Below are positions 29,601 to 39,900 of a stretch of 64,000 bases of DNA, piece by piece. The notes below the pieces were generated by a model. It saw nothing but the letters and a program-made list of their open reading frames with translations. It was not told the DNA's origin and did no database searches. How positions within the stretch are numbered: position 1 is the first letter of the stretch; each line of letters opens with the position of its first letter. Source of the DNA: a virus; IMG/VR virus record IMGVR_UViG_3300008261_000005; one strand, 5' to 3'. The position numbers and the translations under genes were made by a program.

Positions 29601-32600
29601 CTACGATTTGTGTTGACCCGTTATCAAATATTGTTGACCCGTTATCAATTGAGTAAACAGTTTTACTATCGCCCATTGCGCTAAAAACTGCTAATGTTTT
29701 TCCGCCGTTGATAAGTTTTACTTTTGCTCCAAACTTTTCAGATGTTTCTGGATTTCTATTTGTAATTGTTTGTCGTGCAGCATATCCCAACGAGTCAAGA
29801 TCAAAAATTCTCACAACTCCTTGATCAGCTTTGGTATCATCTGAAAGGATAGACCCCACTGCCATCACACTTCCATCAGGAGTTATTGATACGCTTTCTC
29901 CAAATCGCTCTGGATCAATGGTAAATTGACTTGCTGTTATTGTTTGATCTAGTTCATATAGCGAAGTTGTATAATTGTAAATGAAGATTGATCCAGCTCC
30001 AAAGTTTGTAGTTGGAGCTGTTATAACGAGAGTTGAACCGTCTGCAGTCATGTCTATATCATAACCAAAGTTATCACCATTGGTGGTTGTTGTTTCAACT
30101 TCTCCTTCGCTAACCCAAGAACCCATGTTGCTAAAAATCATAACACGATTTTGATCAAGTCCAGGGAAAGTCTTAACTACAGCCATTCTATAACCAACAC
30201 TTAATTTTGCTAGTTTAATTTTAGATCCAAACAGCTGATTTGTAGTATTTCCACTTGCTAAGTTGGTAACAAATTGATACTCGCCGTTAGTATCAACTTG
30301 ATACATTAGCACACGACCTTGTCCACTAGTTGCGTCTGGGGCTCCAATTGCAAGCCAAACTCCGTCAGGTGAAAATGCTAACTCTTTTCCAAACCCTAGT
30401 AGCGGAGCATAAGCTGGTGGCATTTCAATTGTTTGTTTTTTTGTCCAGCCTGTAGTACTATTTGATTTAACGTACAAGGCAACATTATCTGCATTAGTTG
30501 AAGTTGCTAACACCGTTGCAGTAGCATCTACTGCTACCGTTCTTCCAAACTCTTCATTTATAGTTTGCGTAGAGGCTGTCAATGTTTTTCTTGAAAATAC
30601 TGGATTATTTTGCCATACAGTATTTTGTCCGCCACCGTCTATACCAGACCACAACAATTCGTTTGCTTTTAATTGCAACGGTAACTGTACTGCCTCATTG
30701 ATGCTGCCTATACGGTGACTGTTAAATTTATAGATTAAAATTTGAGAACTATCAGCAAACGGATCTTGCCAACCTGATATAGTTTTATCTATAGTAATCA
30801 AATCTAAATTAACACTACTAACTATATGAAATCCAGAAAGCACCCCAGCGTTGGCGATGCCAATTACGTCACCCGCATTTACTGATGGGATAGATTCACA
30901 TTCTAAAGTAATAACAGAATTAGCGTATTCAACAGTTCTTATAACAAAGTCAGCTTTAGTAAATCTATAAACGTTCCAACTGGTGCCTTCAAATGCTGTC
31001 CAAACATAATCACCTTCTTTTAATACATTGATATCCTCAGATACAATGTCAGTCAACGAGTCAACGTTAAGTGCAACTTGATCATATCTAACGTGGCCAG
31101 GAGTTCTTAGATACGGCTTATAATTTGTTATTGACGGCCAAGGGTTGTTGTTATATCCAGACGGTTTTAAATATAAATCATTTGGCGTCTGACGAATTAC
31201 AAAATCCACTACAGAAGGATCAATGCTGTTTGTTAATTCAAATGCTTGTGGATTAGTTTTAAATAGTGACTCATCTAAAGAAATTTCAATTTCGTCAAAT
31301 GCTTCTGAACCGCCGTATTGTCCAACACGTACAGCCCATTCTTCATTAAAATCAATACTTTCTTGGCCTTCAGCACTTAGTACATCAAATAATTTATTCA
31401 ATGAGTTAGCAGAACCTTTTTCAGGAATCATACCTTGATAAAATTTATATTCGCTTACATCATTTTTAATAATGTTTTCTAAGTATTGTCTTTTTTGATA
31501 TCCAACTAAGTGTTGAGCAACACGCTGTTGCCCGGCATCAAAATTATCAGATTCTAAATCATAAAAGTCAGTAAACTGCTCTGCCTTATAATCCCAGTTG
31601 GGAAGTAGCGCAGAAGTTGGTTTGTTTTCTAATCTAATCCAGCTGCTAGGATTAAATGTTTCAACTCCTGGAAGGAAGTTTTCTGCACTATAATAAAATT
31701 CTTTATATTTTACTATATCGCCTAGATTGTAATCAGTCCAAGAATTCCATTCTGTAATATCAGCTTGATCAAATACAAATCCAGGAATATCAAATCCGCC
31801 ATACCAACCAACTGTACGATAACCAGAAACTTTAATCCTATCTTGTTTATATCCAGCTTCTAAATTGTAAATTGTATCATTAAACTGTGTTGTATTATCA
31901 ATAATTAGTACATGTTCTTTTTGTACTAGATAAAAGCCCGCACCATAAATTCCTATTCCATCAATACGTGGGCTAAAAGAAAATTCGTTATCTTCTCGAG
32001 TGTGGTTTAAAAAGTTTTGATCAAATTTTGCGCCATCTGCTTTTAAGATTTCATATTCATTAAACTGATCTCTAATATCATCAATCACAGCATAAGTTAA
32101 TCTCATTGATAAACCAAGTGCGGAAGGGCTCAGTGCAATAACACTAGCACCGTCTTGAGATAAACTGGATAATTTATTGTACAATTCTGTTTGAAATATT
32201 GTACTAGTTGTATGATCAATTTTAGAAGAGAAGTAATCACCGTTGTATTTTACAATAACGCCAGCTTTGTAAGTCCTATTAGGTAACCAGTCAACAAACT
32301 TATCTTCTCCAGCACTCCAGTTCTGAGTTGTCCAGAACATAAATTCTTTAACAGAAGTTTCCCATGAGGCTACAGATTTTAAATTTGTATTATAATCGTC
32401 AAAAACAAATCCTTGATCTTTTAAATATTCACCATAACCTTGTAAAAAATCAACTACTTCTTGAACTGTATCATACACAGTTCCGTAATTAACAATCGTT
32501 GGAGTTCTATCCCACAATTTTCTTAGGGATGCGTCTCGTCCACCAATGATAGGTAACTTGGCTAATTTTTGAAATTCAGTAGAACTAAAATTATCTTGAG

Positions 32601-35600
32601 ATGTATGATTTTGTGTGGCTCTGTAATAAGCATTATTGTATCGAACAACGTTTCCAACAATATATTGTTGGCCAGGCACCCACTCAATGTAAGATTCACT
32701 AATACCGCCAACATTAATAACATTACCAGTTTGTGTCCACGGATAATAATAGAAGAACGGTGTCTTTTGATTGTACCCTTTTACCTCATATCCTTCACCC
32801 GTTGATGTTAAAATCTTAGTGACAATTACACCGCTGTATGTTAGCTTTTTAACTGGACTGGAAGTATTTAAAAAGATTGTATAGTTTTCTTGAGGAACAA
32901 ATACTCCTGCATTTGCCGTTGGACTTTTACTATCTAAAATTAATTTAAACTTTTCTTTGCTGGTGAACCCACCTAATCTATGACTTAGATAGTTTGTCAT
33001 AGTTGTCAAATCAACCTTATATTGTGATAATGATTTTAAATTATCACTAAGAATATAGTCAACAATATAATTTACTAAGCCGGCAGTTAACACACGTTCA
33101 CTATCAGATGTAGTTGATGGTAAAGTTAAATCTGTTAATCTTAATCTTAATCCAGTGTCTTTATAAATTAACTGGCCAGTATTGTTTCGAATAATTCTAC
33201 TTCTGTCTATACATAAACCCAATGTATTATTTGGTTGCATTAAAACTGATGCTAGCACAAAACTAAATGGGAAGAACGAACTTCTTCTCCATGCTGATTC
33301 AATTGGACTGTAATCTCCAAATTTGAAAGCATCTGACATTTGAGGTTTAATGTCACCTTGAACAATATTTGCTGCTATTGGGTCTAGTAATTCGCCCATT
33401 TCATCAACAGGCGGCATAATTGCCAATGTAGGTCTTGAAAACTTAATATTTCTTGTTAGCGGCTTACCAGGTTCTCTAGTAATACCATCTTTTAAGTCAT
33501 TCCATAATATTAAATTATCACTTGTATATGGTGCTGGTCCATATACATCTTGCCACCAAGTTGGTTCAATGTTAAACCCTAAAGACTCCCAAGGACACAA
33601 ATGAATTCGGTCAGTGTCAAATATATGTTTGTATATTCCTCTCCAGTATCCAGGCAATGCAGTCCCATCAGGAGATGTGTTCTTTGAATAATTGTATGTA
33701 AATGGATTACTATTAGTATAGCTTATTGGTTTAGTAAAATCACCGTCAACTAGCGTTGCCCACTGATAAAAACTAGGGGCTAATACTTTATTAAATTCTT
33801 GTAAGCTGTAATCTGTTCTTCTATTGTAACCTGGAATAAAATCAAATATATCAAAAATAGTTGAGTCATATGCAACTTTAATATTATTAAAAATGCGTTT
33901 TTCTATTTCTAAAATTAAGTTATCCCTATAGTCGTTGTATGCAACAACAATACTACCGTCATGCCCTTGAATAACATATTGTGGTGTTACTAAGGTTGTA
34001 TCTAAATATTTTTTAGGTTCAAATTTAGGCCAGATTCCAAAAGATGTTGGCGTTGGTGGAATAAAGCAACCATCCGTACTTTCATACTCATAAATGGTAA
34101 TTATATCATTGTCTACTAAATTATAAGTATCTGATATAATAACAAATCCAGTGTCATCAAAAGAGTAATCTTTTGAGTAAATCAATTGAACGCCGTTTAC
34201 ATAAATGTTAACTGCTTTATTTGATAATGTGTTTAACGAAAATGCTGAAGACAATGGATATGTTTTAATTCTAAAATCAACAACTTTATAATCATTTTTA
34301 GTTGCAGCGCCAGTTCCTGCCATATCACTAAAATAATATGGAAACGTTTTTGGTTTATCTTTATTAATTTCTAAAATAATTTTATCAACGATTTCTTTAG
34401 TAGGCAAGTCATCTGAAATACTTGTTGCAACACTAATAAAATTTCTTTTGAATCTACCATAATCGTCTCTGGTTTGATTCAATGCTTTAACAATATTAGA
34501 ATTTTTTGATGTTAAATGATATAATCCAAAGTTAACTGGTCCACTATGCTGTACAAATTTTGTTCCAAATGTAGATAAGAATCCTTGATCTCTAAGATTA
34601 TTATTACCCGGATATGTTCCATTAAACGTTGGAAGATTATCAACAATTGAATCAACGTGGTCAATAACTTCTCCTAATGTAAAAGTATTAACGTTGTTGT
34701 TTAGCGGGTTATTTTGAAAGTTTATTGGCAATTCATAATGACCGTTAGCATTTTTATCTTGTGATGAGAAGCAACGTAAAGTAATTACATCGTCAGACGT
34801 AATGTTAATAAGATTTGAATTTATTACGACTTTTTTATATCGTACTGCATCAACGATTGACCAGAAAGATTTGTCAATCCTTTTACCGTTAACATACACT
34901 CTCACTTCTAAATCACTTAGATTTCCAATGTCATCATAAACATCAATTGGGAAGTTGTTGGTAAGCCCGCTATTTTTAAATATTCTAACAATGGGCTGGG
35001 TATTCTCTAATTGATTGGTGATCCAACCGTTAACATATTCTCCAGCATCTAATCCCGTAATGATTTTAAGGAAAGCAGAATCAGTATTCTTTGTTACAAC
35101 ATCAACACCGTCTTTGTAGGAAAATGTATTTTGTAATAAATCAAAGGTAAAAACAATATCACCAATGTTACTAATATTCCTATAGGACAACGGAATTCCT
35201 AATACTGCATCAGTAACACCTGAACCTTCTTTATATGAAAAGATAGTGTTACCTGAAAATGTAGACCCTGGATAGGTTGTATTATTAGAAATAGATACGC
35301 CGTCACTGTCAAACAAATCAAATAATGGCTTTTGATTAACTGTTGTTTTTTGTTGTGATAATTTCCATGTGCTTCCGTTAAACCAATACATTTTTCCTTG
35401 ATTTAATCTACCACTTCTAATAACAACAGATTCGCCATATAGGGCGTCTGTATCAGACTCGTCAACTAGGTGAATTTGTCTAACTGGTCCAGCACCACCC
35501 ACAGGTGTAACTGTGATAAATGTCACTTTAAAAATCTTGTTGTTGACTAATGAATCAGAATCTGCTGTGAATAAGATTCTCTGCCCTTGGGCTAACGGAA

Positions 35601-36999
35601 CGTTATCAACGTTGTATCCCAAAGATCCTTCAATTGTCGAAAATACATCTGTTGTGAATGTGTCAATTAAATCAACATCATTCTTAGATGCGTAGCCAAA
35701 GTTGAACAATTTAAGATTTGATTCAAATTCAATAATTGGTCGTGTTGCACGTCTAGTTTGATCTAGTTCAATTGGTATCCCAGCAGCTTCTGCGCTTTTA
35801 GATATAACATCTTGATGGAACCAACGATTATATCTGCTCCAAGGGTTTCCGTCAGAATTTGAACGGTTAATTGTAATGTAATCTTTCTGTCCAGCAAATG
35901 ATGTTGCATCGCTGAATGGCATTGAATCAAAACCAGCATCATCAAATAAAACTTGACTCGCTGCTGAATATGCAGATACAATTTCTAATTTAGATTCTGG
36001 AACTAATTTTATTTGTTCACCTACACCTTCTACATAAAAAGACCCAGTTGTATATAATGCAGGACTTACGTTTCCACCAAAAGTCAATTTCATACCGTTG
36101 CTTAATTCGACACCAGTTGATAACGTGTACGTTTTTTTACCTATGATTTCAGATGCAACGTCAATTACAGTATTTTCATCAATGTCGTATATTTCCCAAA
36201 CACCGCCGGTATCTGGCGAGTTTTCACTGACATAATATAGAACATTGGGAGCATCTACTGGAACTGTAAATGTAATTGTTCCAGATTCAACCTCAGACAA
36301 ATCAACACCATCTGTATATCTATACAACTCACCTGCTTGGCGCTGAGTCTTAATACTAAAAGGTTCTCCAGGGGCAGTGATTTCAAATTTATATGTTTGA
36401 CCTCTATACAAAGTTAACGTGGGATTTCTAGTCAACGCATCTGGTGTGAACAAGTATGCCCTGTTGTCTCCTTCGTCAGATAGTTGCACAGTGTACGTGC
36501 TTGTAACTTGTTGTTGTTGGCCAAGTACTTTAATAACTGCTGGGCCATATGGCATCCAATAATATTGTTGGAAGTTGACAAATTTATCCCAATTTATATG
36601 TGGATTCCAAGAATAAAATTCTTGTTTATTTAATTTTTGATGGTTTTTAGTTATGCCGCCCAATACATCAACAGTATTGACATAGTCAATATAATCTTTA
36701 AAAAATGTAATATTTCCCAGTGTATCTTTAACTACTGCCGCAGGCTCTAGTTGATAGTGCTGTCTGTCTAACGTTGGTTCTTCAATAAAAACATCATTAG
36801 TTGTAACAGCTTTGGCATTTTGTCTGCCAATAAAACCGTTTAACTTTTTTACTGTACCAGACTGTGTTAACTGATCAATGGTGGCTTGAATAAACTTCTT
36901 GTTAGATTCTGTTCTATAAAATCTTGGCAACAATTTTGCAGTGCGGCGTTTTTCGCCCTTGCCAATAGGAAGTCCGTATTCGTTTTGTTGTTCAGCCAT
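23686..36999 (-). CDS. Giant (4437 aa) multidomain virion/baseplate protein with CBM5/12-like repeats and an FG-GAP-like beta-propeller
   Basis: Uninterrupted 13.3 kb ORF directly downstream of the gp6-like gene. It contains W..Y..G..V.Y repeats, seven FG/YG-x-S/D blades, I..GG.GY..AP repeats and F.GDG.T..F.L repeats. Confidence 0.8.
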   Translation of the reverse strand: MAEQQNEYGLPIGKGEKRRTAKLLPRFYRTESNKKFIQATIDQLTQSGTVKKLNGFIGRQNAKAVTTNDVFIEEPTLDRQHYQLEPAAVVKDTLGNITFFKDYIDYVNTVDVLGGITKNHQKLNKQEFYSWNPHINWDKFVNFQQYYWMPYGPAVIKVLGQQQQVTSTYTVQLSDEGDNRAYLFTPDALTRNPTLTLYRGQTYKFEITAPGEPFSIKTQRQAGELYRYTDGVDLSEVESGTITFTVPVDAPNVLYYVSENSPDTGGVWEIYDIDENTVIDVASEIIGKKTYTLSTGVELSNGMKLTFGGNVSPALYTTGSFYVEGVGEQIKLVPESKLEIVSAYSAASQVLFDDAGFDSMPFSDATSFAGQKDYITINRSNSDGNPWSRYNRWFHQDVISKSAEAAGIPIELDQTRRATRPIIEFESNLKLFNFGYASKNDVDLIDTFTTDVFSTIEGSLGYNVDNVPLAQGQRILFTADSDSLVNNKIFKVTFITVTPVGGAGPVRQIHLVDESDTDALYGESVVIRSGRLNQGKMYWFNGSTWKLSQQKTTVNQKPLFDLFDSDGVSISNNTTYPGSTFSGNTIFSYKEGSGVTDAVLGIPLSYRNISNIGDIVFTFDLLQNTFSYKDGVDVVTKNTDSAFLKIITGLDAGEYVNGWITNQLENTQPIVRIFKNSGLTNNFPIDVYDDIGNLSDLEVRVYVNGKRIDKSFWSIVDAVRYKKVVINSNLINITSDDVITLRCFSSQDKNANGHYELPINFQNNPLNNNVNTFTLGEVIDHVDSIVDNLPTFNGTYPGNNNLRDQGFLSTFGTKFVQHSGPVNFGLYHLTSKNSNIVKALNQTRDDYGRFKRNFISVATSISDDLPTKEIVDKIILEINKDKPKTFPYYFSDMAGTGAATKNDYKVVDFRIKTYPLSSAFSLNTLSNKAVNIYVNGVQLIYSKDYSFDDTGFVIISDTYNLVDNDIITIYEYESTDGCFIPPTPTSFGIWPKFEPKKYLDTTLVTPQYVIQGHDGSIVVAYNDYRDNLILEIEKRIFNNIKVAYDSTIFDIFDFIPGYNRRTDYSLQEFNKVLAPSFYQWATLVDGDFTKPISYTNSNPFTYNYSKNTSPDGTALPGYWRGIYKHIFDTDRIHLCPWESLGFNIEPTWWQDVYGPAPYTSDNLILWNDLKDGITREPGKPLTRNIKFSRPTLAIMPPVDEMGELLDPIAANIVQGDIKPQMSDAFKFGDYSPIESAWRRSSFFPFSFVLASVLMQPNNTLGLCIDRSRIIRNNTGQLIYKDTGLRLRLTDLTLPSTTSDSERVLTAGLVNYIVDYILSDNLKSLSQYKVDLTTMTNYLSHRLGGFTSKEKFKLILDSKSPTANAGVFVPQENYTIFLNTSSPVKKLTYSGVIVTKILTSTGEGYEVKGYNQKTPFFYYYPWTQTGNVINVGGISESYIEWVPGQQYIVGNVVRYNNAYYRATQNHTSQDNFSSTEFQKLAKLPIIGGRDASLRKLWDRTPTIVNYGTVYDTVQEVVDFLQGYGEYLKDQGFVFDDYNTNLKSVASWETSVKEFMFWTTQNWSAGEDKFVDWLPNRTYKAGVIVKYNGDYFSSKIDHTTSTIFQTELYNKLSSLSQDGASVIALSPSALGLSMRLTYAVIDDIRDQFNEYEILKADGAKFDQNFLNHTREDNEFSFSPRIDGIGIYGAGFYLVQKEHVLIIDNTTQFNDTIYNLEAGYKQDRIKVSGYRTVGWYGGFDIPGFVFDQADITEWNSWTDYNLGDIVKYKEFYYSAENFLPGVETFNPSSWIRLENKPTSALLPNWDYKAEQFTDFYDLESDNFDAGQQRVAQHLVGYQKRQYLENIIKNDVSEYKFYQGMIPEKGSANSLNKLFDVLSAEGQESIDFNEEWAVRVGQYGGSEAFDEIEISLDESLFKTNPQAFELTNSIDPSVVDFVIRQTPNDLYLKPSGYNNNPWPSITNYKPYLRTPGHVRYDQVALNVDSLTDIVSEDINVLKEGDYVWTAFEGTSWNVYRFTKADFVIRTVEYANSVITLECESIPSVNAGDVIGIANAGVLSGFHIVSSVNLDLITIDKTISGWQDPFADSSQILIYKFNSHRIGSINEAVQLPLQLKANELLWSGIDGGGQNTVWQNNPVFSRKTLTASTQTINEEFGRTVAVDATATVLATSTNADNVALYVKSNSTTGWTKKQTIEMPPAYAPLLGFGKELAFSPDGVWLAIGAPDATSGQGRVLMYQVDTNGEYQFVTNLASGNTTNQLFGSKIKLAKLSVGYRMAVVKTFPGLDQNRVMIFSNMGSWVSEGEVETTTTNGDNFGYDIDMTADGSTLVITAPTTNFGAGSIFIYNYTTSLYELDQTITASQFTIDPERFGESVSITPDGSVMAVGSILSDDTKADQGVVRIFDLDSLGYAARQTITNRNPETSEKFGAKVKLINGGKTLAVFSAMGDSKTVYSIDNGSTIFDNGSTQIVDFNKDAGRIDIYDEYDVAFIYGESLLVDNAMNDKYGYSLAAGDNTIVVSAPKTDSQVSNAGVVYTYSKVRSAFSWTILQSEKNKVDVTKIKKLFLYNKKTSNLVTYLDIIDPMQGKIAGIAEQEIKYKTYYDPATYSVGTDAVNVDDGMAWLGQQVGTLWWNLDRAKFLDSYTGNVVYRNSTWNTLYETGSIDVYEWVETKYTPAEWDKLADTEVGLTSGISGTSLYGNTTYSVKKRYDNVAKTFKNTYYFWVKNKTTVPNAPDRLISAFNVATLIADPKSQGYKFVEFTGTDSFSLVNVQNLLVSSDIVLAAQYWLVDQDDLNIHTDWKIISEHPNTSIPTAIETKWIDSLVGNDLNNRQVPDINLPPKLKYGVQFRPRQSMFINRIEALKQYIERLNSALISELIVDSTDLTDFKKYDAYPDYVTQADGTRILPSGLYDSVVDTDAELRLINTGAFTMPSLLPVIEDGRITDVIITKAGSGYINAPYITVNGLGKDAKLKTVLDANGGIASVIINNAGQGYTNSTTLSIRSLAVLVISDEQALGRWSIYAFNIGTSSWIRTKSQSYNVLAFWNYVDWYAPGYNLFTKIDYSVDGTNQLYTLLADIGQTVKVKTVGSAGWMLLEKFADVSSVDYTQSYKVIGRQNGTIQISNKFYQFVATNLGFDGPLYDTDVFDNSGSVELRIILTAIKDKVLIDELRTVYLKLFFASLRYALSEQSYVDWAFKTSFVKAMHNVGNLKQKVTYNNDNLADFESYIAEVKPYRTKIREYVSSYTSIDNTQSVVTDFDLPPVTIGNQSVPVVVSVGDTNEIVINNDELLSYPWKHWLDNAGFYVSEIVLVDGGSGYITNPEVIITGANTTQATAKAYISNGKVTKIQIVTSGEGYFSAPTVELNGGLSTIGVPARAVAFIKNDLVRSSLIKIKFDRITSKYYITSLAVTEEFIGTGSRLQFPLKWSPDLKTGKTTVVIKTSSTDTNGQEALRDTFSVTSKKTTTRGHTSYSGVLTFNSAPANGEVIVINYVKDFNYLSAADRIQYYYDPISGQLGKDLSQLMTGVDYGGVNIVGLNFKSSSGWDDLPWFADVWDGYDPVFDDFIVTVGDSTYTYTLPYIPAVGQEINIYVNGTRIDDPYFDIYDGSTVQPNGRLIAPAGAVMNTFVGDGVTDTITLPNLGSTPSLDINDGDKVIFRKSTSDGAITPSSLDYDTTLIGGNLAYSTATGLAAEDILVDGDGFVTTTSSPAPEEVVPGQITDAVAVKVFHRSASGSARLATKNYVSDNVIDTFDIGQYPNTQYAVTVTVDGTFLALGTDFTINYDTQSVTLSTIPPQGEIVSVSSFGFNGQDILDLDYFVGNGTDIEFITRSPWVEGASSLVIVSGLNQSYILFRTDSTYEATDRIGIKFGAAPAVGAIINYLISSSSDSSYSLATSETLIGDGSTNNFTLANSVGQALPLESNVIVKSGQRILTGPNCTYYTLSNNQLTYSIPAHKFQAEVFNIDDFDIYVAGVKMRLMLDYTVDLLAGAIVLKAGVYINNATLVISILTTAEYFITSETNITFVTTPLLGEEIEIISYYNHNILDIQRSEVEINPTISLTQDSVEYFTYNKIIGGILDLGRDVLSDDYVWVIKNGTLLTHSVDYRLTPNKNAVKLTSNTSENDVYSIITFTKNVVRQTIGYMQFKDMLNRDHYKRLSANKKTLLALDLNFYDSTITVVDSSVLNVGNKQRNLPGIIYVGGERIEFFTINENVLGQLRRGTLGTGTPTKHVAGALVIDIGISETIPYNDDYIIDTYIHDGTTNTIPLQYIPKRYPIRNPVTHAVVSTVPADIEVFVGGYNIVPWTELTDYSVGEIVLYGSSTFRCVIAHKSSSSFTDDRTNWEFFVGNQRLKKHPYSMYNVENHWESTEGDVSFAADFSVDETTAGVTLLNDLTIGTKVIIIKKIGKVWYDPGTALVDSNNKVANFIKATEGIPLAAKNPSTT

Positions 37000-39900
37000 T
37001 AATAACTCCCGCTTTTACTTGTAATAGTTTGTTGTGATGTAACATTTGAGCTAGATGCAAGATTTCCTGAAGCTGAAATGACACTCGACGTTATGCCTGA
37101 AATAATTTCAATATCGTCAGTTGTTGCTCCGTTAATAAAGAGTTGGTCACTTTCTGATTTAATTTCAAACAAGCTACCAAAACTTAAATTTGTTTGTCTA
37201 GGAACAATGACAAAATTTACTAGATACGGAGAAGTTCGATTCATGACATACGCTGATAATTCAGAGAAGTAAAAACTATCACCAAAGTCCCAATTTTCTA
37301 AAGCAAAAAATTCATTAATTGCTGTTAATACGTTGGCTTTAATTTCGTTATCACTAATTGTTTGCTCTGCATTTTTAATAATTTTAAATGCTGCTCTAAC
37401 ATCAGCAGATGCTTTAGATCCAAATAACACTTTATACCTCACTGGGTGATAAACAATCTCATCACTAATTGATTTAATTGTGTTTAAAGACGGGGATAAC
37501 GACAGTGATAACTGGTCAGTACTGGATGGTAGTGGTTCTGTAGTTAGATTTCCTAAAACCCATTGTCTAAATTTTGTATCATATTCTCTTGTTAGGATAA
37601 ACAAGTCAACGATGTTGCTCAGTCCTGGATCAATACGTGTTTCATAATCTGCACTATGCACGTACTGGAATTTTAAACCGTCTCGACCAGAAAAAACTTT
37701 ATAATCCAATGACGGTGTTAACTTTCCAACTACTTTGTCTAATTTTTTAACTGTTCTAGTGTCAATAAAATAAAAATATTGACCGTTAACATACGGAGCA
37801 AATGATCCTACGGTTCCCTCAGTAGTTAAAATTAACACAAGATCAGAATCATTGCTGATATATCTATAATCTTGTTGTCCAGCTGCAATATCGTATCTTT
37901 CTAAAACTATGTATTTTGTCAGTGGCGATGTTGCTGTATCTACAATCACTTCAAACAACTCTGGGTCGTCAACAATTCCATCGTCATTGCTGTCACTAAA
38001 TGATAGTTCAATTTTCTTAGTATCAACGTAGCCATCAAGACCAACAAATTCTTTGTTAATTTCCCATACTAAGTCGTATGTAAATGCTGATGTAACATCT
38101 GGTTTAGTATTGACATTCAATACTTTAATTTTGTCTTTGACGATTGAATTAGATCTACTGTCAAATATTTTATTTGAAGAATCATAATAAAATCTAATTT
38201 GTTGTTTACTTTCAAATATGTAACGTAGTCGTCTACTTTTTACTGTATAAAATTCAGTGTCAGTAGTAAACAATAGCAACCAACTTGAATCTAATTGTTG
38301 ATTGGTATTATTGCCTTGTTTGCCCAAACTAAATTCATCTTTAATATTTAAATTTCCTTCAAATACAATTTTCCAAGTTTTTGAAATTGTATCATATCTT
38401 AACCCAAAAGGCTTGTTAGCATAAATTAATTCTATCATTGAGCTAATAGTGTTAGCATCAATAGTGGTGCGCCATTTAGGAATAATTTGAGAAACAATTG
38501 CAGTTTGCGGAATATTTACATTGAGAGTCACTGGTCCAGAACCATCAGATAATACACCAGTACCGTTATTGGTCCCGTCGCCAATAACGCCAACAACTTT
38601 GGCCCATAGCACAGTTGAAGAGTTAGGCACTGTAGCGTCACCATACACTATCTTATTGTTTTCAGATTTTAAAAAATAAGTTCCTGCTGGAGCTACAAAC
38701 TTAACTAATGCCCCTGGTTCAAAATATTGCAAATCAGTTGCTGCAAAAACACCAGTTCGATAGGGCTCTGAATCAACTGTATCGCCAACATAGCCAGTAC
38801 TTTCACTGGTGTCAGATGTTTTCTGGAACCACGAAATACTTAAACTGTCTGTAGCAATTTTACTAAAGTTTGAATAATAAAAATTACGTAAAGAAGTTTC
38901 TGAAAGAACGTCAATAATTTGATTATAAATTATTGCTTCAATGTCTGTTCTTGATGAGTAGCTAAATCTAAAACTATCATCAAACAATTCTTTGTATACA
39001 ATCCCGTCATCGCCAAATAAGTTTGTACTTGAATATTTTCCAGTTGGGTCAACTAAATCAAAATATCGACTAATGCCGCTTGATGTACGATTAACCGCTT
39101 TAATTTTAACTACTTCTTGACTGACGCTAAGAGGGCTAATATTATAGTCCTCGCCAGTAATCATACGATTTTGTGTATAGTATGTTGCTGGCGCATTTTG
39201 TTTAATGCTAGCATTTGATTCAGTCGCAGAGCTATTTGTAATAGAACTTTGTAGTGCAAGTGTAATTGTTAATACTTCTGCTTGTCCTACATTTGAAATA
39301 TATGGAATATCAATGCTAACGTTCCTAATATCTTTAGGATTTATTGTATATTGTAATCCGTTACTAATCCTATAATAAGTTCTAAAGGTTCCAAGGGGTA
39401 ATGTTCCAAATGTTCCATCACTAAATGTTAAACTTACTCTATCATTATTGCGAGTAACTACTCCGTAAATATTACGGATATTTTTATTCAAACTGTTATA
39501 GATAACATTGTTGCCTTCAAAACTAGGAACCTTTGCCCATAGCTCGCTTTCAACACCAGTTGAACCTAACTTGTATAACCACACATCACTGTCATTTACA
39601 TTAGTTGCATCAATGTCAATGATTTCATTAGTACTAGGTTGCGTGATAGTAAATGTTCCAGTGTTTAGATTACCTTGTTTGAAATGTAAGAAAAACCCAG
39701 ACGTTGGACTTGCTGATCCTTTACCATCATCTCGATATAGGAAAGATAGTGTCTTTCCAGCTTGAGGGGCATCCTCAATGATTGTAGTTCCTGAATCAAT
39801 AATTGTACTAACAATTTCAAAATTCATATTTCTGCCATCAACTGTTTTTGTAAATCCAAAAACTGGTACGCCAGCACTATAAGTTTGAAATCGATACTGT

